Assembly: GCA_043810925.1 (NCBI GenBank) | Contig: JBDRNT010000173.1 | Coordinates: 1 to 24,976, forward strand | DNA: 24,976 bases | Direction of reading: 5' to 3' | Source: Candidatus Eiseniibacteriota bacterium | GTDB lineage: Bacteria; Arandabacterota; Arandabacteria; Arandabacterales; Arandabacteraceae | Shown: piece by piece, positions 9,687 to 18,257 of the stretch | How positions within the stretch are numbered: position 1 is the first letter of the stretch | Layout of the letters: every line of letters begins with the position of its first letter | Notes under the pieces: generated by a model | What the model was told of the DNA's origin: nothing | Database searches by the model: none | What the model saw: the letters and a program-made list of their open reading frames with translations, nothing else | Position numbers and translations under genes: made by a program

Positions 9687-10982
9687 TTGACGGAACACAC
9701 CGAAGACCTGGCACTCAGTACCCAGGATATCAAACAGTTCCAACTGGCAAGGGAATTCCTGGGCAGATTCTACGTTCTGATGAGACTGGCCCGGAGTCAC
9801 GACAGATACAATTCTGCGGTCGCCAATGCCGCCGAAGCCCTGCACGAAATAACAAACGACCTCATAGACGAAGCCCAGGTCGTCCGGTTCGATATTGCCG
9901 ACAACTGTGTCTTCTTCAATCGCACTCGACTTAGAGCCAGCCTCTCGGGTTTTAACACCCTCAAGTACTTCGCCGACGAGGTCACCGCCAGGGGCGTGAG
10001 CTCGCTGAGCCTCGGTGAAATCGCCGAGGTCGATGACTTCTTAAGCTTCGCGATGGTCTTCGCACGTTTTGACCGGACTAACGACGACCCTTTCACAGAG
10101 CTCGACCGGTTGGTTACGTTGGAGGGAATCGCAGGAATAGAGATCAGACCCCTGAGGGGGCTGGGTGAGGACTCCGACGACGCCGGGGGATTCTCGGGGC
10201 CGACCCAGGACGAAGCCAAACGATCGTTCTTCTCCGCGCTCCACATCGTCCGCCAGGCAGTCAGGGACGGCATATCCAGGGGGAAAGTCAATCCGCGGAA
10301 GGTCAAGAGAGTCGTGGAATCCGTCGTCGACAGCATCCTTTCCGACGAACAATCCATGCTGGCACTGACCGCGATAAGAGACTACGATGAATACACTTAT
10401 CATCATTCGTTTAACGTCTGCGTGTACTCGATCGCAATAGGCAACAGGCTGGGGCTTCCCCGGCAGGCACTGAGCGACATAGGAATCGCCGCCCTGTTTC
10501 ATGATGTCGGCAAGACCGAGGTGCCCCGGGACATCTTGAACAAGATCGACAATCTCACCGACGATGACTGGAAGGTTATCCAGGAGCACACCCTGTCCGG
10601 AGTCAAGATGCTGACCTACCTGAAGAAGCTCGACAGGACTATCCTGAGATCTATGATAGTCGCCTTCTGCCATCACCTCAATCTGGATAGGACAGGATAC
10701 CCGGAGACAACCAGACCGATAAAGCCCGATGCATTCAGCAGAATCGTGAGAATCGCCGACATCTACGATGCTCTTACTTCGGCCAGATCATACCGGATGA
10801 AGGCGCTCTCCGCCTCCAAGGCGCTGGCGATAATCTCAGGCAAAGCCGGCGAGCAACTCGATCCCACGCTATGTGCGATCTTCGCGGATGTGGTCGGTGT
10901 CGAGCCCGATGGCCATGGCCAGCGTGATGTTGAAGACGAAGATGCGACCGAGTATTCTTCGGTCCAGGCAAACCCCGAGTAA
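9687..10982 (+). CDS. HD-GYP domain cyclic dinucleotide phosphodiesterase
   Basis: Motifs DEYTYHHS, ALFHDVGK, QEHT, HHLNLDRTGYP, RIVRIADIYDALTSARSYR, QLDP. Start reassigned to TTG 9687 (SD GGAGAGG at 9674-9680), which removes the overlap with the HEAT gene. Confidence 0.88.
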   Translation: MTEHTEDLALSTQDIKQFQLAREFLGRFYVLMRLARSHDRYNSAVANAAEALHEITNDLIDEAQVVRFDIADNCVFFNRTRLRASLSGFNTLKYFADEVTARGVSSLSLGEIAEVDDFLSFAMVFARFDRTNDDPFTELDRLVTLEGIAGIEIRPLRGLGEDSDDAGGFSGPTQDEAKRSFFSALHIVRQAVRDGISRGKVNPRKVKRVVESVVDSILSDEQSMLALTAIRDYDEYTYHHSFNVCVYSIAIGNRLGLPRQALSDIGIAALFHDVGKTEVPRDILNKIDNLTDDDWKVIQEHTLSGVKMLTYLKKLDRTILRSMIVAFCHHLNLDRTGYPETTRPIKPDAFSRIVRIADIYDALTSARSYRMKALSASKALAIISGKAGEQLDPTLCAIFADVVGVEPDGHGQRDVEDEDATEYSSVQANPE

Positions 10983-11006
10983 ACACAGTTCCGCTCAGGA
11001 GCGCGA

Positions 11007-11024
11007 GCTACCCCGGCTACCCCG
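11007..11024. repeat. perfect 9-bp tandem direct repeat just upstream of a -35 box
   Basis: GCTACCCCG at 11007-11015 and again at 11016-11024. Confidence 0.6.
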
Positions 11025-11031
11025 TTTTCGC

Positions 11032-11060
11032 TTGACCGCCGACCCTACCAATGCTAACAT
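11032..11060 (+). promoter_or_regulatory. sigma70-type promoter (extended -10) of the acd-etfBA-fadF operon
   Basis: TTGACC (11032-11037)-N17-TAACAT (11055-11060), with TG at 11052-11053. Confidence 0.7.
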
Positions 11061-11142
11061 CCCTTGACGTTATTCTTCTTGTAAACTCGTATGTTTTTTC
11101 GACCCCTTGCCCTCGGCGAGGTCTGTCGAAAGGAGGACGGAG

Positions 11143-12285
11143 ATGGATTTCGACCTTAAGGAACACCAACAGATGATCAAGGAGACGGCCAGGGATTTCG
11201 CTGAGAAGGAAATCCGGCCGGTCGCAGGCAAATCCGATGAAGAGGCGGCGCTTCCCGACGGGGTACTGGGTCAGCTCGGGGAACTCGGTTTCATGGGGAT
11301 GATGCTTCCTGAGGAATTCGGCGGCGCAGAACTCGACTGCGTCAGCTACGCGATCGCAGTTGAAGAGATATCAAGAGGGGATGCATCGGTCGGCATCACC
11401 ATGTCCGTCCACAACTCTCTCGTGTGCCAGCCGGTCCTTGATTACGGCAATGACGAACAGAAGAAGAGGTTCCTGCCCGATCTCGCTCAGGGTAAGACAC
11501 TCGGCGCCTTCTCACTCACGGAGCCCGAAGCCGGCTCAGATGCCGGTAATGTCCAGACGACCGCAGCCCTTGACGGCGATCACTATGTGATCAACGGCAC
11601 CAAGATCTTTGTCACGAGCGGCGGGAAGGCCGATATCGTGATCCTGTTTGCCTCCACCGACAAGGAAGCAAAAGCCAAGGGTATGAGCGCCTTCATCGTT
11701 GAGAAAGGTATCGAAGGTTTCAAGGTCGGCAAGAAGGAAGACAAGATGGGAATGCGCGCCTCGGACACTTCGGAGCTGGTCTTTGAGGACTGCCGGGTCC
11801 CGAAGGAGAACCTCCTGGGCGGCGAGGGAAGCGGGTTCAGGATAGCCCTTAAGACTCTTGATGGCGGGAGAATCGGTGTGGCTGCGCAGGCCGTGGGCAT
11901 CGGACAGGCATGCGTTGAGGCGGCAGTTCGGTACTCCAAGGAGCGAAAGCAGTTCGGTAAGCCGATCTGTGCATTCCAGGCCATCCAGTGGCTTCTTGCG
12001 GATATGGCGACTGAAATAGACGCCGCGAGATTTCTGACCCTCAAGGCCGCGTTCTTGAAGGACAAGGGACTGAGGTACTCGAAGGAAGCGGCCCAGGCCA
12101 AACTCTTCGCCTCCGAGGCAGCAGTCCGCGCTGCGATCAACGCGGTGCAGGTGCACGGTGGCTACGGATACATGAAGGAGTACGAGGTTGAGAGACACTT
12201 CCGTGACTCCAAGCTGACCGAGTTGTATGAAGGGACCTCAGAGGTCCAGCGAATGGTCATCGCTGCCAGTCTGCTTAAGGATTAG
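11143..12285 (+). CDS. short-chain acyl-CoA dehydrogenase (butyryl-CoA dehydrogenase-like)
   Basis: SD AGGAGG at 11131-11136. Motifs FSLTEPEAGSD, NGTKIFVT, KMGMRAS, LDGGRIG, RKQFGK, QVHGGYGY and catalytic LYEGTSE. Confidence 0.92.
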   Translation: MDFDLKEHQQMIKETARDFAEKEIRPVAGKSDEEAALPDGVLGQLGELGFMGMMLPEEFGGAELDCVSYAIAVEEISRGDASVGITMSVHNSLVCQPVLDYGNDEQKKRFLPDLAQGKTLGAFSLTEPEAGSDAGNVQTTAALDGDHYVINGTKIFVTSGGKADIVILFASTDKEAKAKGMSAFIVEKGIEGFKVGKKEDKMGMRASDTSELVFEDCRVPKENLLGGEGSGFRIALKTLDGGRIGVAAQAVGIGQACVEAAVRYSKERKQFGKPICAFQAIQWLLADMATEIDAARFLTLKAAFLKDKGLRYSKEAAQAKLFASEAAVRAAINAVQVHGGYGYMKEYEVERHFRDSKLTELYEGTSEVQRMVIAASLLKD

Positions 12286-12302
12286 AATGTGAGGGACTTG
12301 TT

Positions 12303-13088
12303 ATGAACCTGCTGGTTTGTGTAAAACACGTGCCTGACACCGAATCCAGCATTCGGATTAAGCCCGACGGTTCCGGTTTGGAGACCGAGGGGCTCAACTT
12401 CGTGCTTAACCCATACGATGAATACGCCGTGGAAGAGGCTGTCAGGCTTAAGGAAAAGATTGGTGAAGGCAAGATAACGATCGTGTGCGTCGGCCCGCAG
12501 AATGCCACCAAGTCGATCAGGACGGCGCTTGCCATGGGGGCGGATGATGCCGTTCATGTTGTCTATGACGGGTATCAGCGATACGACGGTGTGGCCACCG
12601 CTGCGATTCTCGCGGGTGTTATCAGGGGGATGGAATTCGACCTGATACTTTGCGGTAAACAGGCAGTCGATGACGATTGCGCCCAGACGGGTCCTGCTCT
12701 GGCTGAATTCCTAGGACTCCCCAACGTATCGGTGATCACCAGGCTGGAGCTGGCCGAAGACGGAAAGAAGATTACGGTGCACCGCGAGCTCGAAGGAGCA
12801 GAAGAGGTAATCGAATGTGTTTTGCCGGCCGTTGTGACGGCCCAGAAGGGCCTCAATGAGCCTCGTTACCCCTCGCTTCCTAACATAATGAAGGCCAAGA
12901 AGAAACCGGTAGTGACCAGGAGTCTTGATGAACTGGAACTCGACGAAGATGCAAGGACGTCCAGTATTGAGATCAGGGGCTTTGCTCCCCCCCCTGCTCG
13001 CAAGACCGGACAGGTCCTGGAGGGCACACCTCAAGATATCGTTAAGGAACTTATCAGGCTTCTCAGGGATGAAGCCAAATTGATATAG
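12303..13088 (+). CDS. etfB: electron transfer flavoprotein beta subunit
   Basis: Motifs VCVKHVPD, NPYDEYAVEEA, ALAMGAD, GKQAVDDDCAQTG, NEPRYPSLPNIMKAKKKP. Confidence 0.95.
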   Translation: MNLLVCVKHVPDTESSIRIKPDGSGLETEGLNFVLNPYDEYAVEEAVRLKEKIGEGKITIVCVGPQNATKSIRTALAMGADDAVHVVYDGYQRYDGVATAAILAGVIRGMEFDLILCGKQAVDDDCAQTGPALAEFLGLPNVSVITRLELAEDGKKITVHRELEGAEEVIECVLPAVVTAQKGLNEPRYPSLPNIMKAKKKPVVTRSLDELELDEDARTSSIEIRGFAPPPARKTGQVLEGTPQDIVKELIRLLRDEAKLI

Positions 13089-13104
13089 AAGGGAGATTTG
13101 TAAG

Positions 13105-14094
13105 ATGGCTCAGACCATTCTTGTGATCGCCGAACAGCGTGAGGGCGAAATAAGAAAGGTGACTTACGAAGCCCTCAGCGAGGCTTCCCGGATTGCGCAG
13201 GCGACGGGCGGTGAGGTTGCCGCGCTACTCATGGGTAGCAATGTGAAAGACAAGGCGGGTTCGCTTAGCCACTACGGAGCCAGGGCGGTGTTTGTTGCCG
13301 ATGATGACCGCCTGGCGACCTACTCCGGCCAGGCTTATTGTGATGTTGTGAGGAAGGTATGCGATGATGTTGCTGCGGGATTGATAGTCATGCCGGCAAC
13401 CGCGACCGGCAAAGACCTGGCACCCAGACTGGCCGCGAGGCTGCGGGCCGGGCTGGCGAGTGACGTTATTGCTGTGGAGGCCTCGGACGGCGGTCTTGTC
13501 GTCACAAGACCCGTCTATGCTGGCAAGGCCCTTGTCAACCTGAGCATTACATCTAAGATCAGCGTGATAAGCCTTAGGCCGAATGTCATGGAAATTTCAG
13601 AGCCTGACCTATCGATCACGACTGAATCCAAGGATGTCGACCTGGGTGGTCTCCTTGAGAACGTCGGCACCAAGGTGATTGAAACGAAGAAGCCGACGAG
13701 TGGAAGACCCGATGTATCAGAGGCGGATATTATAGTCTCGGGCGGACGCGGACTTAAGGCACCGGAACACTTCTCGATGATCGAGGATCTGGCCGATCTT
13801 CTCGGTGCTGCGGTTGGAGCGTCAAGGCCGGCTGTTGACTCGGGTTGGAGAGACCACCAGGATCAGGTCGGCCAGACCGGTAAGACGGTGACGCCCGATC
13901 TCTATATAGCCTGCGGCATCTCAGGTGCCATTCAGCATCTGGCGGGTATGTCATCCTCGAAGTGCATAGTGGCGATCAACAAAGACCCTGAGGCTCCCAT
14001 CTTCGGCATCTGTGATTACGGCCTGGTCGGAGATGTTTTCGAAATAGTGCCGCTCATAACTCAGGAATGCAAAGATCTCAAATCAGGAGCGTAG
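13105..14094 (+). CDS. etfA: electron transfer flavoprotein alpha subunit
   Basis: Motifs RPVYAG, IIVSGGRG, GASRPAVD, QVGQTGKTV, GISGAIQHLAGM, AINKDPEAPIF. Confidence 0.95.
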   Translation: MAQTILVIAEQREGEIRKVTYEALSEASRIAQATGGEVAALLMGSNVKDKAGSLSHYGARAVFVADDDRLATYSGQAYCDVVRKVCDDVAAGLIVMPATATGKDLAPRLAARLRAGLASDVIAVEASDGGLVVTRPVYAGKALVNLSITSKISVISLRPNVMEISEPDLSITTESKDVDLGGLLENVGTKVIETKKPTSGRPDVSEADIIVSGGRGLKAPEHFSMIEDLADLLGAAVGASRPAVDSGWRDHQDQVGQTGKTVTPDLYIACGISGAIQHLAGMSSSKCIVAINKDPEAPIFGICDYGLVGDVFEIVPLITQECKDLKSGA

Positions 14095-14123
14095 CTGGGT
14101 CGTACCACCAGAGGAGGTAAGTC

Positions 14124-16103
14124 TTGGAGGTAACGGTACGGGCTATCGGTGTCGGCGCATACTTCATCCTCTACGCCGCCTTGATTATCGCGGTGGCCGT
14201 CTTTGCGATCGGGTTGAAGCACAAGATCAAGAAAGTGCAAAGAGGGACGCAGCTCACGAGGTTGTACAATCTCAGAGAGAGAATAAAGGGAGTAGCTGAA
14301 TTCGTCTTCCTTCAGAGGAGGCTTTTCCAGGATCCATTCCCGGGCCTTATGCACGCACTGATCTTCTGGGGCTTCCTTGTTTTTGCGCTCGGTTACGCTG
14401 TTCTTTTCCTTACAGGAAGCGACTACTACGAGGGCATCGTCGGGCGACTCGCCGGCGGCCGGGTTGCACTACTCTACAACGGTTTCACAGACCTCTTCAG
14501 CATTCTTGTGATAATAGGTGTGATCGTGGGCCTGGTCAGGAGATATGTCTTGAGGGTTAAGAGGCTCGAACTCAATGTGGACGCGGGCATCATTCTCATG
14601 CTGATACTCCTGATCATGATCACCAATCTCCTTGGTGAATCCGCACTGATCCGTCTGGGCGATCTGCCCACGCAGCGTGCCGCCTTCGTCGGAGCCCGCC
14701 TGCACGGAGTATTCTCATCGGTCTCGGAGGACTCGGCCAGAAGGTTCTTTATCGCCACTTGGTGGGCTCATCTGGGGCTGGTGCTGGGCTTTCTGATGTA
14801 TCTGCCTCGCTCGAAGCATTTCCACATAGTGCTGGGACCATTCAACGTTCTGCTCAGAGATCTCGGCCCGTATGGAACCCCGACTAAGATAGACATTGAA
14901 CATACGGAATCCTATGGTGCTGCAAGCCCGTACGATCTCACATGGAAGTCGTTACTTGACCTCTTGGCATGTGCAGAATGCGGAAGATGTCAGCAACAAT
15001 GTCCTGCCAATGTCGCCGGGAAAGCGCTTTCTCCCAAACGGCTGATAATCGATCTCAAGGACGCCTTTCTGGAATCCTCCGAGGACGGCGGGCAGCAAGA
15101 TGGAGAGCAGGAGACCGGGATCGCACAGCGGGTCGGCGAGGATGAAATCTGGAGCTGTACGACATGCAGGGCCTGCGAGGAGCACTGTCCGATTTTCGTC
15201 GAGCATGTGGAGAAGATCATCGAGATGCGGCGTAATCTGGTCCTGATGCTGTCCAGATTTCCTCCTGAGTTGACCCGGCTTTTCAAGAATCTTGAAGTGA
15301 ACTACAATCCCTGGGCCATCGGATTCGCTCAGAGGGGTGACTGGGCGGAAGACCTGGATCTGCCGGTCGCCCGCAAGGGAGATAAGATAGACGTCCTAAT
15401 CTGGGTTGGATGCGCAGGTGCCTTCGATGACAGAAACAAGAAGACTGTAAGGTCTCTGGTCAAAATCCTTCGGAGGGCCGGCATAGAGCCATACTTCTTG
15501 GGCAAGGATGAGAAGTGCTGCGGCGATCCTGCCCGGCGCCTGGGCAATGAATACTTGTACCAGATGCTCGCAGAGCAGAATGTTGCTTTGCTGAGCTCCC
15601 TGAATCCCAGGACGATCGTGACGGTCTGCCCCCACTGCAAGCACACGATAGAGAACGAATACCCTCAGTTCGGCGGGGATTACCGCATCGAGCATTACAC
15701 CACGTTTGTGAAACGCCTTATCGACGACGGGAAACTCACCCCAAAAGCAGGAACGGGCGAAACGGTTACCTACCACGACTCTTGCTACCTCGGCAGATAC
15801 GCCGGCATCTACAGTGAGCCGCGAGAGGTCATCGCCTCATGCGGGATGGCGGTGAAGGATCCTGACCACGCCCGGGCCCGGGGTTTCTGCTGCGGGGCGG
15901 GGGGGGGAAGAATGTGGATGGAGGAGAGTCCGGACAAGCGGGTCAACCACGCACGGCTTCTGCAACTCAGGGCTACAGGGGCAAAGAAGATCATCACGGC
16001 ATGCCCGTACTGTCTCACGATGCTCGAAGATGCCATCAAAGAGAAGGAAATGACCGACCTCGAGGTCAGGGATATCTCCGAGCTGCTCGAAGAGTCCACG
16101 TAG
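14124..16103 (+). CDS. membrane-bound Fe-S oxidoreductase, FadF/DUF224 type (ETF:(methyl)menaquinone oxidoreductase-like)
   Basis: The N-terminal TM domain has candidate heme-b His residues (MHALIFWG, WWAHL, SKHFH). Two CxxCxxCxxxCP motifs (CAECGRCQQQCP, CTTCRACEEHCP) and two CCG domains (CCGDP..CPHC; HDSC..CCGAGGG..CPYC) follow. TTG start after SD GGAGGT; adjacent to etfBA. Confidence 0.88.
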   Translation: MEVTVRAIGVGAYFILYAALIIAVAVFAIGLKHKIKKVQRGTQLTRLYNLRERIKGVAEFVFLQRRLFQDPFPGLMHALIFWGFLVFALGYAVLFLTGSDYYEGIVGRLAGGRVALLYNGFTDLFSILVIIGVIVGLVRRYVLRVKRLELNVDAGIILMLILLIMITNLLGESALIRLGDLPTQRAAFVGARLHGVFSSVSEDSARRFFIATWWAHLGLVLGFLMYLPRSKHFHIVLGPFNVLLRDLGPYGTPTKIDIEHTESYGAASPYDLTWKSLLDLLACAECGRCQQQCPANVAGKALSPKRLIIDLKDAFLESSEDGGQQDGEQETGIAQRVGEDEIWSCTTCRACEEHCPIFVEHVEKIIEMRRNLVLMLSRFPPELTRLFKNLEVNYNPWAIGFAQRGDWAEDLDLPVARKGDKIDVLIWVGCAGAFDDRNKKTVRSLVKILRRAGIEPYFLGKDEKCCGDPARRLGNEYLYQMLAEQNVALLSSLNPRTIVTVCPHCKHTIENEYPQFGGDYRIEHYTTFVKRLIDDGKLTPKAGTGETVTYHDSCYLGRYAGIYSEPREVIASCGMAVKDPDHARARGFCCGAGGGRMWMEESPDKRVNHARLLQLRATGAKKIITACPYCLTMLEDAIKEKEMTDLEVRDISELLEEST

Positions 16104-16145
16104 GATCCGAGGCCGCCCCGCCTGGACGGCCTCTGTCGTTGGATC
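16104..16145. terminator. hairpin between the convergent operons (possible bidirectional terminator)
   Basis: GAGGCCG (16109-16115) pairs with CGGCCTC (16127-16133), and an outer GATCC/GGATC pairing is possible. No clear U tract. Confidence 0.35.
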
Positions 16146-16185
16146 AAGACACCCGAAGACGCTTGATTTCAGGACCTGACCCCGC

Positions 16186-17037
16186 TCACTCGTAATTATA
16201 GAAACCGCGCTTGGTTTTCCTCCCGAGATACCCGGCCTTCACCATGTTCCTCAAGAGCGGACACGGCCGGTACTTGGAATCACTGAAACCGTTGTAGAGC
16301 ACTTCCATTATCGAAAGACAGACATCAAGACCGATCAGGTCGGCAAGCTCGAACGGCCCCATAGGATGGGCCATGCCGAGTTTCATCACCGTGTCTATGG
16401 CTTCCTTGGTCGCAACTCCCTGCATCAGCGTCCAGCAGGCCTCGTTGATCATGGGCATCAGTACTCTGTTGGAGACAAACCCCGGGTAATCGTTGACGGC
16501 AACCGGTGTCTTTCCGAGTTTCTCGGAAAGGCCGTAAACACTCTGGTATGTGTCCTCAGACGTCGCCAGCCCCTTCACGATCTCAACAAGCTTCATCATG
16601 GGAACAGGATTCATGAAATGCATCCCGATGACTGCGTCGGCCCGCCTGGTGTTGGCGGCAATCTCGGTTATCGAAATCGAAGATGTGTTACTCGCCAGGA
16701 TGGCGCCCTGCTTGCAGACTGAGTCGAGATCCTGGAAGATCTTCTTCTTTATCGGGTAGTCCTCCGTGGCCGCTTCGACAACGATATCACAGTCGGCCAG
16801 GTCCTTAAGAGCCGTGGTCGTCGTGATTCTCTTGAGTGCCCCGTCCTTGTCGGCCTCGGCTATCTTCTCCTTCTTTACCATCCTGTCGAGGTTCTTGGTA
16901 ATTACGCCGATCGCCCTGCCAAGAAAGTCCTCGCTCACATCCATAAGCACCACATTGAAGCCGCCCATGGCGAAGACGTGGGCAATACCGTTACCCATCG
17001 TGCCTGCACCAACGACCCCTGCCCTCTTGATATCCAT
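16186..17037 (-). CDS. hbd: 3-hydroxybutyryl-CoA (3-hydroxyacyl-CoA) dehydrogenase
   Basis: Rossmann motif VVGAGTMGNGIA, then VVEAATE, ASNTSSI, GMHFMNP, PGFVSNR, HPMGP. ATG 17037 with SD GGAGGT; 283 aa. Confidence 0.93.
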   Translation of the reverse strand: MDIKRAGVVGAGTMGNGIAHVFAMGGFNVVLMDVSEDFLGRAIGVITKNLDRMVKKEKIAEADKDGALKRITTTTALKDLADCDIVVEAATEDYPIKKKIFQDLDSVCKQGAILASNTSSISITEIAANTRRADAVIGMHFMNPVPMMKLVEIVKGLATSEDTYQSVYGLSEKLGKTPVAVNDYPGFVSNRVLMPMINEACWTLMQGVATKEAIDTVMKLGMAHPMGPFELADLIGLDVCLSIMEVLYNGFSDSKYRPCPLLRNMVKAGYLGRKTKRGFYNYE

Positions 17038-17047
17038 CGTCGACCTC

Positions 17048-18238
17048 CTATTCCATCTCCACAGCCAGGGCGACGGCGTTACCCCCACCCAGGCACAGCG
17101 TCGCCAGTCCCTTCTTGAGACCTCTGTCTTTGAGTCCATAGAGCAGCGACACCAGTATGCGGCTGCCGGTTGACCCTATGGCATGGCCGAGCGCGACTCC
17201 ACCACCGTGGACGTTGACGATATCGGGGTTGAGCCCAAGTTCCCTTATGACGGCGATCGCCTGCACCGAAAACGCCTCGTTGAGCTCGACCAGATCGAAG
17301 TCCTCCAACTTCCCACCCGTGACCTTAAGCAGGTTCTTGACCGCCTCTACCGGCGCTATCATCACCCACTTGGGCTCAAGACCGCCCGTCGCATAACCCG
17401 TGATCCTGGCGATAGGCTTCGCCCCCAGCTCCCCTGCACGCTCACGCGACATCACAACCACTGCGGAGCCGCCGTCGTTGACACCGGGAGCGTTACCTGC
17501 AGTCACCGTACCGTCCTTCTTGAAAGCGGGTCTGAGCTTCGCCAGTCTCTCAACGGTTGTGTCCTCCCTTGCACTCTCGTCGACTTCGAACTTGATCGGA
17601 TCACCCTTCCGTTGCGGCACCTCAACCGCAACAATCTCATCCTTGAACTTCCCGGCCTTTATAGCTGCAACGGCTTTGCGATGGCTGTTGTATGCGTATT
17701 CGTCCTGCTCTTCACGGGAGATATTGTACTTCTCCGCAACGAGTTCGCCGGTGTTCCCCATATGGAAATCGTTGTAGGCGTCCCACAACCCGTCATGGAC
17801 CATTGCATCGATCAGCACCCCGTCACCCAGCCTGTAACCCGTCCTTGCCTTCATGAGCATATACGGAGCCTGGCTCATGCTCTCCATTCCCCCTGCAACT
17901 ATGCAGCTGTGATCGCCGGCCTTGATCGCCTGAGCCGCAAAGACCGCAGCCTTAAGACCCGAGCCGCAAACCTTGTTTATCGTTGTTGCACCGACACTCT
18001 CGGGAATGCCCGCGGCCAGCGCAGCCTGCCGGGCCGGGTTCTGCCCGATCCCAGCTCCGACCACGTTGCCCATTATTACCTCATCCACATCCGAGGGCTT
18101 GATACCCGCTCTGGCCACAGCCTCCTTGATCGCAATCGCTCCAAGCTGTGGTGCCTTGAGCGGGGCCAGAGTACCCATGAACCTACCGGTAGCAGTCCGC
18201 GCACCGCCTACTATTACTATGTCCTTCTCTTTCGCCAT
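17048..18238 (-). CDS. acetyl-CoA acetyltransferase (thiolase)
   Basis: Motifs NKVCGSG (catalytic Cys), GGMESMS, NEAF, GHAIG, CLGGG. ATG 18238 with SD AGGAGT. Confidence 0.93.
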   Translation of the reverse strand: MAKEKDIVIVGGARTATGRFMGTLAPLKAPQLGAIAIKEAVARAGIKPSDVDEVIMGNVVGAGIGQNPARQAALAAGIPESVGATTINKVCGSGLKAAVFAAQAIKAGDHSCIVAGGMESMSQAPYMLMKARTGYRLGDGVLIDAMVHDGLWDAYNDFHMGNTGELVAEKYNISREEQDEYAYNSHRKAVAAIKAGKFKDEIVAVEVPQRKGDPIKFEVDESAREDTTVERLAKLRPAFKKDGTVTAGNAPGVNDGGSAVVVMSRERAGELGAKPIARITGYATGGLEPKWVMIAPVEAVKNLLKVTGGKLEDFDLVELNEAFSVQAIAVIRELGLNPDIVNVHGGGVALGHAIGSTGSRILVSLLYGLKDRGLKKGLATLCLGGGNAVALAVEME

Positions 18239-18257
18239 CTTCTCACTCCTTTCACAC

